A DNA stretch of 63,556 nucleotides, counting the filler, from Rhabdomonas costata (taxonomy: Eukaryota), in the NCBI GenBank assembly GCA_019059605.1. It is 41 parts of 41 records of this genome, joined end to end, with 100 filler letters (N's around TTAATTAATTAA, not from the genome) between each part and the next. Parts side by side here need not be neighbours in the genome. Positions count along the whole stretch, not along the records: positions 1 to 1,454 come from JAHMHO010015539.1; positions 1,555 to 3,005 come from JAHMHO010015540.1; positions 3,106 to 4,559 come from JAHMHO010015541.1; positions 4,660 to 6,111 come from JAHMHO010015542.1; positions 6,212 to 7,664 come from JAHMHO010015543.1; positions 7,765 to 9,218 come from JAHMHO010015544.1; positions 9,319 to 10,768 come from JAHMHO010015545.1; positions 10,869 to 12,321 come from JAHMHO010015546.1; 33 more parts are not named here. One strand, 5' to 3'. Both the position numbers and the translations under genes were made by a program. Positions 1-11,979 of the stretch are shown in pieces. The first letter of the stretch is position 1. The number at the start of each line of letters is the position of its first letter. The notes beneath the pieces were generated by a model that saw only the letters and a list, made by a program, of their open reading frames with translations, had not been told where the DNA came from and ran no database searches.

Positions 1-1454
1 GTGGTGCGGGAGCTGCGGCGGGCGGTGGTGGGGGCTTCCTCAGAGTGGCTGCGTGCGGCCCAGCATTGCCGGTGGATCCGTCGAGCTCAGGAAAAGCTCC
101 GGGGCTGGGCTACCCCCCAGAAAGGCCCTCCCTCATGACCACCCAGTCATGATTGTTCCACATCAAAAGAGGGATGCGAAGCATGGCTGGCGTCTCATGA
201 TGAGTAGAGTCGTCATTGCATATTCTCGAGCAAGACTGGGATAAAGTGCTGCTGTAACCTTTATGACTCTGTTTGCCGTGGTGCCAGCGTGTGATGTGTA
301 TGTGCGTGTGCTCCTCCGTGTGTCTTTGGCTTTGGGTCACGATATGTTGGCCGCGCACCTTGGTTTGCGCACAACCCGAGAGATGGCATGCCTTCCCAGC
401 ACCGCAGCACTTCCGGGCGAATCAAAAGGACTCGGGTCGTTTGACTTATTTTGGAACGAGGTGACGGACAGTTGCATTTTCATCCAAGAGTTTAACTGAG
501 GTAAGGTACATCCCAAATTTAGCATGTCACGAGTTTTCAGTTAAAGTCCTGGGAACATGCCGGTAGGCTGGTATTCATCCATATAGTATTTTTGTAACCT
601 GTTTCATGCTACTTAGGGTTAAAAAGCATGTGTTCTGAGTTTACGTTGAAACGTGCGATGCGTTTGTATGTTAGGAATATGAGTCTGGTATCCTTCTGAC
701 TCGGTATTGGTTTGGGTGTCTCTCGTGCTTTGAAAGCCGCTTTTTAGCCTTTACAGCGAAAATTAAACTCGCCGACAGTTATTGTGTGTGAACCGGGGAC
801 AGAAACCAATACGCACATGACCCTTTGCACAATCACTGTCATGTGCAGGTTTTTGTGTTTCGCTGAGGACGTCCTTTTTTGCCTTTTTGTTCTCGCTTCG
901 CGTCCGTGCTTGAATGGGACGTAAGAGCAACCATCACAGAAAAAAATAAAAACACTTGTTCTTGGTTTACGGTTTTATGTGTATTTAAAGGGGAACTGAA
1001 ACGGTATGCTGCGATCACCTCTTTTCCTCCGATACCTGCCGCGAATTTTGGATCAAGCCCCTTTAGCTGTTATCATGAGCCCACTCACTCAATGTTTGTT
1101 GAAGAAGGTGCCGTTATGGAATATGAATTCTCTTCCGAAGTACGGTCTCGCCGACTTTGGCGAGGATGAGGATTTCGAAAAGTAAAAATAATAATAAAAC
1201 GTGACTGTGAGTTCATTAAGTTTCTTCTCAGGTTCCTCCTCCATTTCGCCGTGGAATTATCACCAGCAAAGTGGTTGCTTTCCCGCAGTGCAACCCAAAC
1301 TATCAAACAAGCGAACAAAAAAACAAACAAATAAACTAAGGTGAAATTCAAGAGTATCTATGTTCGTGAAGGGATATTTTCCACACCCAGCGGTTGCTTT
1401 TTCCATATCTTGATCCCCACCTCTCTTCCCCATTCCCCGATCCGTGTTTGTTTG

Positions 1455-1554
1455 NNNNNNNNNNNNNNNNNNNNNNNNNNNNNNNNNNNNNNNNNNNNTT
1501 AATTAATTAANNNNNNNNNNNNNNNNNNNNNNNNNNNNNNNNNNNNNNNNNNNN
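1455..1554. other. Artificial contig spacer (N-run + TTAATTAATTAA + N-run), first of 40 copies spaced about 1.55 kb apart up to ~62100
   Basis: The same 12-mer, with stops in all six frames, is flanked by Ns at 1499, 3050, 4604, 6156 ... 60502, 62054. The fragments between spacers are all ~1450 bp, as expected for length-sorted contigs. Confidence 0.99.
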
Positions 1555-1779
1555 GTTTGTTTGGTTGGTTGGGTCACGATACTGCACCCCCCTCCTAGCC
1601 CCCTGCCTTTGCATTACCAAATTTCCTTTTTTTTTTTGCAGCGCGCACCGCTACCTGGGGATGGAGGGGGGTGCAGTATCGTGACAAGAACAAAAGAACA
1701 CAAGACAATCTACAGAATCCTACCCGAAATATTCGACCCAAAGTAAAAGGAAGGGTGGTGGACGGGTGAGGTGGAGGAG

Positions 1780-2808
1780 GACCCGCCGCTTCGCCTCGAG
1801 TCTCCATGAGCACAGGCAGGAGGTGCGGGGCTTCCAGCCGTGGGTAAAGCTGTAGCCCGCCGCGCGAACTTCATGGTGCGGGAAGTCGAACTGTACCCAA
1901 GCAGCCTTGTTGTCGTCGGTGACTGAGAGCAACCCGCATCCACCCTCATTTACTCTCGCCATACCTCACTGACCACATTCCCGAATGGCCCAATGCAGGA
2001 ATTGCCACCACAGACTGCTTGTAATGTCATCACATCAGAAAGAGCCACATAAGAATGCAAGCGCGAAAAATACTGGAGCAAGGTATAACGGGATGGGAAG
2101 CGCAAAGTTCAGAAAGGGAAAGGCGCAGCCATGAATTAGGGAGGTGAACAGAGCGCACTGACGAAAGCTAAACCGAAGCAGGCCTGTGATATTTTGAAAA
2201 TGTAGCAGGCCTCTGAAGCGCTGCGTGGCCGGCCCATGGGATCAGAGTTCTCTTACCTTTCACCCTCGGCTAGTAGCAGTGCTAATTACCGGAATTAGGG
2301 ACCCAAGATAAGGGCGAGATAAGGGCATACCAACCCAGTGCATCCCTGGCTGGGACTTGAAGATGGTGGGGTACTCAGCGTGCGCAGTGTTGGTGCAGTC
2401 AATGGTAATATCGCGGTGCTTAGGGTACGACTCCACCTGAGAGAGAGGGGGGGGGCATCAGCTGTGTCCACGGGTTTTTGGTTTTTGCACGTGTTGCCCA
2501 CACAGAGAAAAAACCAAAAGCCCCAGAACAAATAATCAACAACGGCACATTCACACACGACCGGCTTTCTTAAAGTGCGTCTCGATATGGACAGGGTCGA
2601 TTCGCGAGTCTACGCGAACTGGAAATTCCGCTGAATCCCGCCAACATTATCACCACCCTCGAAGATTTGATTCGGTCGGTTTTACAGTCAAATTGATTCT
2701 CGTAGACGCGGGCTGCACTTCTTTCAACAAGGAGCACACCTGCACAAATTCTCGGCACTGCTGATAATTGAAGCTTTTCCCACCACGGCAACCAAGATAG
2801 CGAATCAC
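1780..2808 (-). CDS. Partial gene with an F5/8-type-C/discoidin-like (galactose-binding-like) domain
   Basis: Exon 2808-2740 (VIRYLGCRGGKSFNYQQCREFVQ, flanked by AG and GT). Downstream exon ~1945-1780 reads TDDNKAAWVQFDF...AAGYSFTHG...LCSWRLEA, matching the W..DF...Y...H...W.LE pattern of HECTD1/BTB-associated discoidin domains. The junction is not fully resolved. Confidence 0.5.
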
Positions 2809-3105
2809 CTGCACGAAAAAGATAATAGAAAAGGAAATCCCCAGATCCAGTGCATGTGTCAGGCAACCCAACCTGGCATAGCCCTAATCTTGGACTCATT
2901 CTCATTTTCTAGAAAACGAACAAACGAGAAGTCCGCGTATGCCGAGCCACGAGCCCTTGCAGAGGCAGCGGCGGTATTCGGTAAGGCGGGTCCGCCCACA
3001 CAACCNNNNNNNNNNNNNNNNNNNNNNNNNNNNNNNNNNNNNNNNNNNNTTAATTAATTAANNNNNNNNNNNNNNNNNNNNNNNNNNNNNNNNNNNNNNN
3101 NNNNN

Positions 3106-4013
3106 GTGTTGGGTGTGGTTGGTGGTGTTGGTCGTGGACAAGCTCCCCAAGCTTCACCTCTCCGTGATGAACAACCTGCTGCTCAAGAACGACATCATCC
3201 TGCAGCTCGTGTTCCTCATCGCCAACCCGCCGTGGTTCAGGCGAGGTTCCTTCTCCCGTGTGCCCCTCCGAGTTTCGCAGGAACGCGTTTCGATACTGTT
3301 TGCTGTTGTATCTTTTGTTTGTTTGTTGGTGAGTCTGCAGAAGGTGCTTTGATGACAGAGTTGACAAAAGCCCGTGACCGCACCGATGAGACTGTTGTTC
3401 CAGACCGCATATTTCCCTTTTCGACACCACGGAGGTTTCAGGGTCATGGTTCGCTCCTTAAAAGCAAGAGTAATGGCAGCGTACACAGTGCAGGCAATGT
3501 AGAGGTTTAGCCTGATTGAGGGGGAGGGTACCACAGCTTCCACCCACTCTCCGAGTACAATAGTATGACTGCAGAACTATGCTCGCCGGGTTGTCTTCCA
3601 GCCTGCTAACGTACAAGACATTTTCAAATAACGCGGGGAGCATTTGATGTGGGGGTAGGTAGCGCCGGACTCTTTGGCTGAGCGGTGCTGTGTGTCGGAG
3701 GCCCCTCGAAGTGCGGAGTTGTCAAGTGTCGAACAATTGGAACCGCTGGCTTGGTAGTTTAGGTGTTACAGTGGCAAGTGACTGGAAGTGTTTTCCTTTA
3801 TCACTCTCGCCCGGTTTCTCGCACAGGTGAGGGTAAGTTCCAGAAGTACCGAGAGGGACAGTGGCAGACCATCCCCAACTCTGAGCTGCTGCTGCTGTGC
3901 CAACCTGAGGCCCATGTTTGGCTCTGTCTGCACGTTTTGCTATGTGAGCCTACCTGCCGGTCCAAGTACACTTACGACAGTTACCGCCAGGAGGAGATCC
4001 TCAAGCTGCGAAG
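3106..4013 (+). CDS. ZMYND10: ZMYND10/BLU (axonemal dynein assembly factor), two internal exons
   Basis: Exons <3106-3245 and 3827-4013 join in frame through a GT-AG intron: DKLPKLHLSVMNNLLLKNDIILQLVFLIANPPWFRR|GEGKFQKYREGQWQTIPNSELLLLCQPEAHVWLCLHVLLCEPTCRSKY...ILKLR. This parallels ZMYND10 (PW.R...F....W...L.K..GQVW..L..LL). Confidence 0.85.
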
Positions 4014-4768
4014 GTGTGTGTGTGTATGTGTGCAGTCCACATCGAAGGCCTCTCTGTTCCCAAAATCCAAGACAAAGAGTGCTGGCGAAAAGCACTTGAA
4101 CGCGCGCGGTTGTTTTAAGCTGAAGGAGATAGACGGCCACATGGAGGATCGGTAGTGAGCCATATCTTAATCCTAAGACACGTTCTCCAACACAGGATGG
4201 TTTGCGCCCGTATGCTCCCTCGAGGAAATGTGACTTTGACAAAGTCAGGCAAGTGCAAGCACAACTTCTTATTCCGCCGCCTTATGTCCTCTGCCACACC
4301 CTCAGACGATTGTGACGTCTGAAAACTTTGGCATTCCAATGGGCGCCGCTCGTTGGGGGATACATCAGCCAAACGCGAACAGTTAGCAACAAAAAATACT
4401 TCAGTCAAAATAGAGACATGCCCTCTCCAGCCGGACTGCCTACTTTTGATTCCAACCACACATATATAAAATCTCTTTGAGATCTTGCCATACGCGTTGT
4501 GGATAATATATCCAGATTTGTTACCGAGCGCCTGGTGGACCAGCTGCCCACCCAAACCCNNNNNNNNNNNNNNNNNNNNNNNNNNNNNNNNNNNNNNNNN
4601 NNNTTAATTAATTAANNNNNNNNNNNNNNNNNNNNNNNNNNNNNNNNNNNNNNNNNNNNGTGTCTTGGTATCGTCGAGCATTATTCCTCTTTTTGTGTTG
4701 TCCAAGCTGTTACCCATCGCTTCTCCCAACGCTGTAACGCTGCCGCTGTCGCTGTTGTTGTCTCTCAG

Positions 4769-5775
4769 GTGCTGGGCTTTATGTGGGGTGTGAACGCGCT
4801 GCACTGGCCGGACGTGTTTCGGGTAAGTTGCATCACTTGGGTTTTTTGTCTTCCATGGGTTGAGCTTTCCTCCGTTGCCATCGATAAACATCGCATTGGA
4901 AGAATGTCAACTGGTAGTGCTCATTTTCCCTGCGCTGAATGAATTTTGGATGATGGTTGCAGACTGAAACCACAATAAAGTGGTCTGTGATGATGCGATT
5001 GAATGGGGTTCCCTCACTTCGTTTCGTGGCAAAATTGTTATCTCTGTTGCTCTGTTACTTCTGGCAACCGTTACCACTCCCCCCCCCTCAACGTCAATTG
5101 CACCCTCCTTTCCGTTGTCACTTCTCCACTTTTGTGCCCTCATCGCAGCATATCTGATTCGCCCTTCTTGCTCTCCTCTCCCTCTCCCCAAACCAACACA
5201 TACATTGTCTCCTTTTTTGTATCACTCTCACTGTAACGCTCCCCGAGCTTTTCATTGCGCCGCTCCTTTTGCTCCATTGGCTTCAATTTGCGACAGGTTC
5301 GGGCGCGCCACGCTCGAGTCATGATTTGGGACATCTTCGAGAACTATGGCACCCAGGAGTACCTTCCGTGGGTTCAGAACACTACCCTGAACAAGAGCCT
5401 CAACTTGGCCATTCCCATGGCGATCTTCCTGTTTTGGTATTCCCCTTTCCGTGTGCAAGTTGGATAGTAATGACAGTTGAGGCGACGAGAAATTCAGATT
5501 AGCACCAGCATGTGTCTTTTGTGCCCGTTCCCCACATCATTGAGGTTATTCCTCGCCGAGAACTCTGGTTTTCATCTACTGGATGCGTGGGCGGCTGCGC
5601 AGGCTTCTGGTTCCGATGCTGCCGTTCTCGTACTACTACACTCGAAACTGGGAGCGCTTTGCCTTCACCCTGACTCAGCTGGTGTACCTTCCCTTTGTCC
5701 TGAACATGGTGAAGTACGCGATCTGCAACGGGACTGGCGACATGAGGCAGTTCCAGTGCAACTGGGTCAACCCAA
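4769..5775 (+). CDS. Multi-pass membrane protein fragment, three exons, family unknown
   Basis: Exons 4769-4822, 5297-5436 and 5603-5775 have canonical AG/GT sites and splice in frame: VLGFMWGVNALHWPDVFR|VRAR...LAIPMAIFLFW|LLVPMLPF...LTQLVYLPFVLNMVKYAICNG. Confidence 0.6.
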
Positions 5776-6566
5776 GTATGATGTCCTCTCTTGAAGGGCA
5801 AACAGCTGGCCCCTGCACACGGGCGTCAAACATTTGAAACCCTTTTCATTCATTACAGCTGGTGCAAGTACTTGTCTGATGTAGCCTCTTCCGTTCCGCG
5901 GGTATTTTATCGATTCATGGGCGTGCTTCTTACCTCACCGGAGTCAGGTTCCACATGAAAGCATTTGCACTCGTGCACCAATCGGGCTGCTCGGGTTGTA
6001 TGCAAGGGGGCACACACACAAGCGAACTTCATTTCACCCACCCGCCTACACGCACAGGTGTGATCTCCAATGTAAAAGGCTCTTTCGGGGCAGTCATAGC
6101 GACCACCACGCNNNNNNNNNNNNNNNNNNNNNNNNNNNNNNNNNNNNNNNNNNNNTTAATTAATTAANNNNNNNNNNNNNNNNNNNNNNNNNNNNNNNNN
6201 NNNNNNNNNNNGTGTCATGCTCAAGGAGGTATTCTGTCTGTGTCATGGAGCTCAAGCTAACAGGGGGAAATGGAAAGAACGTTCCATGACTGGGGGCCCA
6301 GATTAAGCTAGAGAGAATCTGGATAAAACGGATGCTGAGCGTGGCGATGAAAAATAAAGGGGGGCTACCACAGTCTTTGCAATTGTGTCCATCTCCTCCT
6401 TGTGCTTGTACATGTGGGCAAGTCGCCACGTCCAATGGCTTTCCCACTTCTTACGCCAGAAGTCCTTCCCTTGCCATGCTAAGTGTCACCCAAAACAAAT
6501 GGAAAGTAGGGGGGCGGTCTACAACAAGGGCAACATCTAGAGTCTCCGCCGAAATGTTCACGTGAC

Positions 6567-6825
6567 CTTGCGCATAAGTCATTCCCGAGATCCCGTCCCA
6601 TGCAGCAACTGGAGAAGCCTCATCCGCGTTCTTGATGGCCGTCTGTAATAAACAACCATGCAACCGTGACCCTGAACACGCGTATGTATGTTGAGGAAGT
6701 AAGCAAGGAGCAAGCAAGCAAGCAAGGAAAGAGAGGAAGGATTGCAAAAGTACTTCGTATGCTTGGCAGGTTTGTTGGTACTTCTTAGAGTCCCCCGTGA
6801 GCGAAGGATGGTGTTCTCGAGCGAG
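6567..6825 (-). CDS. J-domain-like protein fragment (HPS in place of HPD)
   Basis: Exons 6825-6754 (LAREHHPSLTGDSKKYQQTCQAYE) and 6642-6567 (TAIKNADEASPVAAWDG...), GT-AG intron. The LA...HP...GD...Y/F.....AYE pattern is that of DnaJ helices II-III. Confidence 0.55.
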
Positions 6826-7967
6826 CTGCGCAAAGAATACGTGGTGGTGGGTACAAAGAGGAATGGGGATGCGGCCAGCACACGCCAGCACACACCATCG
6901 CGCGCACACACACATACACACAGAATGTGTAAGTGAGGTGAAAGGGGTGAACACATATACAGGGAGAGAGAGAGAAAGAAAGAGAGAGAAAGAGAAAGAA
7001 ACACGACCTGAAGCCACACCGAAGCACCGATGTCAAATTAAAATCAGAATGCGGAAAGACAGACGAAACGTGGCGGGTAACATACCGCAAAAAACCGCTT
7101 TCGCAGATCCTCTCGATTCACATTTTTTGGAATTTCCAAGACATCGTACGGATCTGAAGAACACAAGGTACCTTAGGGAATTCTCATTTCGGAAACCTGG
7201 GAACCAGGGGCCGGCTTCTTGGAACGCAAGTTCCCTCGCATAATTTTCTGTTAAGAAACCCTTATTGATCTTTATAATGGAAGTGGGATCACCATCCGTG
7301 CAGTTATATAGCAGTCGGTGAGAAATGCAATCGGCCGCGATGTCACCACTGCACCCATACAGATTAACCGTCCAACCCCAATTTTGGCCACTCTGCTGCT
7401 CTCCGCCAGGACCAAACGAATTGCACCTTGCAGTCTATTTACGGGGGTATATGTTGCCAAAAAACATACTTCCCCGAAAAATTTGACTTACCTCCTTTTC
7501 GATGAATCAGATTGGAATCAATTAAATCACAACTTTTACTCTCGCACACCGGTCGTTGAGAAGAGATCAGCCAGTGGAACACTACGAGCCCGCAGCGTTG
7601 TGGTCCTGAGCACAGCCTCTATTCGGCTTCTTGTTTACTTTATATCGCGCCCCGTTTTTTCCACNNNNNNNNNNNNNNNNNNNNNNNNNNNNNNNNNNNN
7701 NNNNNNNNTTAATTAATTAANNNNNNNNNNNNNNNNNNNNNNNNNNNNNNNNNNNNNNNNNNNNTGTTTGTTGGGGTTGAATCTGACTTTTCTACCAGAG
7801 ATGCTCGAAGAGTCAGATTCAACCCCCACAAATTTTTTTCCAAATGTAGCGCGCCGGGTGTGAAGGTCGCTAGCGTCCGGGAAATTAAAGAGCTGGCCTT
7901 CGCTTGCTACACACCAGCGTATCCATGCTGTGCGTCTGGTTCGCTCCCCGTCGTCTCTTCTCCCCAG

Positions 7968-8801
7968 TGGTTCGGCAGCAGCAGCTCCGGAGGGAGCACT
8001 GCCAGTGGGTCAGTGCCCTGCGGGAGCCCCGTGAGCCGCACCTCTCCACGGACCGCGGGGCCCCTGCAGAGGGACTGCGGTTCCTGGACCTCAGCCAGAA
8101 CTCCCTGGGCGACCCCACGGCGGCCGCATTGGCCCGGGTGCTAGAGGCTGAGGATGTGTTGGAGGGACTTAACCTGAGCGGCAACTCGATCGGACCGCAA
8201 GGGGTATGTGTATGTGTGTGTGTATGTGTTTGTGCGTGTGCGTTGTGCACTGAGCTCAGACTGGCTCGCTCGCTGGCTTGCTCTGTGATGTGCTCCTCTT
8301 CCGGGGAGTCGGACTGCGAGTCTACTAACCCCTTCATTGGGAGTGCTGACCCCTCTCGCCATCCTCTCAAGATTAGCAACTCCTCGAGGCTCTGGTCTTC
8401 AGGCATTATGTCCCAGTTCAAGAACGAAGAAAACAAAATGAATATGAAAGAGAGATGAAAGCCCAAAACCTGAACGGGCAAGCCCACTTCGATCAGCATC
8501 GAGTAGTAATGTGCTCAGCTCTAAATACGTTAAGCAGGCCCGAAGCTTAGGCTCAGTATGCAACCTACGAAAGGCCTCCAAATTTTTGGGTAAAGCCCAT
8601 GTAAAGGAAACAGGGCACCCGCACTCCACCAACACCAACACCTTCCTTGTTCATGGGGGGTAGGTCGGCGCTCTCCTGCAAGCCTTGTCGCGCAACAGCA
8701 GCCTGGTGTACTGCGACCTCTCAGGCAACCCTGGGGTGGAGCCAGGCAGCGGTTCCAGTGTCTCTCAAGACTTGCTCCACTCCTGCTCAGCCGCTTGGCA
8801 G
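7968..8801 (+). CDS. Leucine-rich repeat protein (RI-like/NLRC3-type repeats), two exons
   Basis: Exons 7968-8203 (LRFLDLSQNSLGDPTAAALARVLE...LEGLNLSGNSIGPQG) and 8664-8801 (VGALLQALSRNSSLVYCDLSGNPG). GT-AG intron, in frame. Confidence 0.8.
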
Positions 8802-9600
8802 GTGTGTGCCACGTGGCGAAAGTCCTTATCAACTGAAGTGCATCTGCGTGTGGAGGCGCGGAGGTGAAGCTCTAGAAAAGCACATCGAGGGTTGAGTTTG
8901 ATCCTTTGTTACGGGAAACTGCCCCCCCCCCCTGCACCCGCTCTGCGCAGGGCATTCAGTTTAGCGCGGCGCAGTGTGTTCTGGTGCGGTCCTCGCGTGG
9001 GGCATGTGCCTCGCTGCCTTTGTCTGCCCCGGTGGGGGAGTCTCGGCCGCTGCGTGGGTTCGCGGCCTCGACCCCGTACGCGTTCTTCTCTTCTGCCTTC
9101 CGTTTTCTTTCCGCCACCTGATGACCAGTGCACGCAGAAACGCAAAGTGCCTGAAGCAAAGGGGACACCACGCACAGTTGACGACCCCTGCCACCATGCC
9201 CGCTGAAATGATTCAACGNNNNNNNNNNNNNNNNNNNNNNNNNNNNNNNNNNNNNNNNNNNNTTAATTAATTAANNNNNNNNNNNNNNNNNNNNNNNNNN
9301 NNNNNNNNNNNNNNNNNNCTTAAGTGTGCTATATGTACCCACCGGAGGATAATAGTATTTCTCTTGCACGGGTTAGGGGGGGGCTCTGCCCCCCCGGCAA
9401 CTTACTTAGGGTTAGGGTGCGTTGCTACCTTATCTACAGATAATGTTTTCTTTGTTTGATTTGGAGCCTTTGTGCATGATGAGGGGAATTTGAGGGTGTT
9501 TTTTTATAGAGAAATATGGCATGCTTTGCTCTCCTTCAATCTGTTCGACTTGTGGAAGTTGGGGGTGGTGACAGGGATTTGGGGCGGGGGAATGTGCTGC

Positions 9601-9963
9601 CTGAGAAGCGGTGTAGATCACCACCTCGAACCGACCCTTGACGTGCTCCCAGAACTCCTCCAGCCCGGGCCTCTTCATTCCCCACAGCTGTGGCGTGTTT
9701 GCGTGGTTGAAGAAACAGAAAATGCCACCATGCGATGACACACACTTCTGGATAGTGGCCCTTCAAGAAAGACTTTCATTCGAAGGAATGCCGTTTTCCC
9801 TCCACTTCAAACATCCCCAACTCCCACGAACACCAGACCTCGTACGTACCGTGTAGGTGGTTCCGACTTTGAAGGTGAACTCTGGGTTCGGGATATCACT
9901 GCGGTTTGTCGAGAAGTGCACCAAAGTCTCGTCCATATCAAGCACCAGAGTTGGCCGAGGCCC
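9601..9963 (-). CDS. NIF/FCP1-SCP family (CTD small phosphatase-like) HAD phosphatase, two exons
   Basis: Exon 9963-9850 has TLVLDMDETLVH (DxDxT motif). Exon 9687-9601 reads LWGMKRPGLEEFWEHVKGRFEVVIYTASQ. The GTACG...CAG intron joins them in frame. Confidence 0.88.
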
Positions 9964-11126
9964 CTGTGCGGAGCACCACACCGCGAAGCAGAGAGGGGCA
10001 AGGGCACATCTGCCGAAACTCTCTCAGAGTGAAATATCTTTCTATTTTCCTGTGAAGTGTTTCCTGTGAAGAGACCTCGCGGGGGCGGAAGGAAACCAGA
10101 GAGGTCCGCTCAGATATGCAGTTCATGGAAGTGAGCGCGGCGGATCTCACCTCCAAACGCTTGGAGCTTGGAGTAAAAGGAGCCTGAACCATCCCAGCAG
10201 AACTATCCTCTCAAAATGGGGCATCTTCGCGAAAGACACTTGGAGGTAGTTCCTTGTTGCTGCCCAAAGTGCAGGAGAAAGAAACCTACAAGACTGGGGT
10301 AGGAGGGAGGCAGAGGAGAAGGGCTGAGTGGACCTTGGCTGGTGGTGGAAGAACCCAGTCTCTCAACCCAGCCCAAGCATCCGCAACCCTCATGGAATGA
10401 AGGTAGGCAAGAATTTGGTACCTGTATGGAAAGAAGGTTGGCAAGAGATGGGGACGGACGGCCTTGGCTTCTTTAAAAGGGTTCCTTCCATCTAAAGCCA
10501 CGGTGAGGATGGGCGCTGGCATTCAGCAGGGGAGGGGGGTGCATCTTTGGGTTAGAGGGTTGGTTTCAGTCATTATATGAATGGTGCGCGATAGGGGAGC
10601 TGCGGCCTCTTTGTCTTAATCGACAAAACGAACGATACCTACTTTCATTGAGCTCAATTTTTTTTGTTATTGTTATTGTAAGGTTTTTCAAGAGCACGGA
10701 ACGAGCCCTAACCTGAAAGGATGTGGTGAAACTGCTGTTGAAAAACCTTACAATAACAACAACAAAACNNNNNNNNNNNNNNNNNNNNNNNNNNNNNNNN
10801 NNNNNNNNNNNNTTAATTAATTAANNNNNNNNNNNNNNNNNNNNNNNNNNNNNNNNNNNNNNNNNNNNGTTTTGTGGTACATTTCTACTATTTCTCCATA
10901 TTTTGATAAATAAGGTTCTTGTAGTGGTCCACTTTTAATATTTTATGTCCATAAATAGACTATATACTTTTAAATTTATGGATCGTACATAAGTTTATTT
11001 TATCATTTTCATCTATTTCACATACTATTTTTAAAATATATAGTAAACAATATTATATCTTTATTGTATTTTTTGCTCTCGGTTAACCGTAAGCAAAAAA
11101 AAATATTTCTAAATATAGTTATATAA

Positions 11127-11370
11127 ATGGATACCATTTCAATGAGAGAATTTCTATAAAAAATATTCGAATATAGACAATGATTTTATAGATGACTTTT
11201 TTGATATGTACGAGATAGATACAAATGAAAAAAGTTTCCTAATTAATTTAGACAAAATTTCTGATTGGTTAGACGTTCAAAAATGTCATTTGAAAAATAC
11301 ATTGATAAATTCATATAAAAATATAGATTATAAAATTAAAATACACAACACAACATTAGTATTATTTTAA
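11127..11370 (+). pseudogene. Frameshifted giant-virus-type gene (MSV199/KilA-N-like N-terminal domain, Mimiviridae/Klosneuvirinae-like)
   Basis: Very AT-rich and intronless. ATG at 11127 gives MDTISMREFL. An extra T at 11157 shifts the frame, after which it reads KKYSNIDNDFIDDFFDMYEIDTNEKSFLINLDKISDWLDVQKCHLKNTLINSYKNIDYKI. This resembles the FLKKYS.I...FIDDFF...F.I.L..I..WL...K..LK.TL..SY..IDY N-terminus of NCLDV T5orf172/GIY-YIG proteins, recalled from memory. Confidence 0.65.
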
Positions 11371-11694
11371 CTTGTCAAGATCAGTTTTCGTGTCCCCCCA
11401 ATATAAGAAGAATGTGTAGTCATCTTTTGTTATGGAAAAATCATGATTTAAATAGTATGGCGATTTTATCAAGTAGATTTAATATTAAAACCAAAGATCT
11501 AAAATATATTTTTGATCACATTTGTAAAGAAAACATGACCGCTTATTAATAGATACAATGAGAGATATTAAGTATAAGTTGAGAAAAATATTTTTGACGT
11601 AATAGTGTATTAAAAAGTCATTTTGATCAGTCATTTTGATCAGTCAAATTAACTTACAAAACTAATATTACTTTATTTTAATAATATTATTTTA

Positions 11695-11979
11695 TTAATT
11701 CATAACTACGACTGTTGGTTCAGTTGATATTTGTACGTTTTGTGTTGCCTTCTTACCTTGAGGTTTTGGTTGTTTCTTTTCCTTGGGCTCCTTAGGCTCT
11801 GTTTTCTTCTTTGGCTCGCGCTTTTGTTTGCGTGGGGGTATATGTTGTGCGTAATCTTGGCTTATGTTCATGCATTCGATATCTTGTGGAAGGTGACCAG
11901 CTACAACATCAGCAGGATTAATTGGTGTTTCATCGCATGTAACCTCATCAAAGTTAACAGACATGAGATATTGATTCAT
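11695..11979 (-). CDS. Intronless Lys/Pro/Glu-rich ORF (probable C-terminal part) on the virus-like contig
   Basis: 94-aa open frame ending ...EPKEPKEKKQPKPQGKK...ISTEPTVVVMN*, followed by an AT-only intergenic tract. Its 5' side is cut by a fold-back near 12000. Confidence 0.45.
   Translation of the reverse strand: MNQYLMSVNFDEVTCDETPINPADVVAGHLPQDIECMNISQDYAQHIPPRKQKREPKKKTEPKEPKEKKQPKPQGKKATQNVQISTEPTVVVMN

Noticed and set aside
11157-11159. In-frame TAA as evidence of a reassigned stop codon
   Set aside because: Similarity continues in a different frame, so it is a 1-nt insertion rather than read-through. TAA is a normal stop in other genes here (16212, 36833, 61933).
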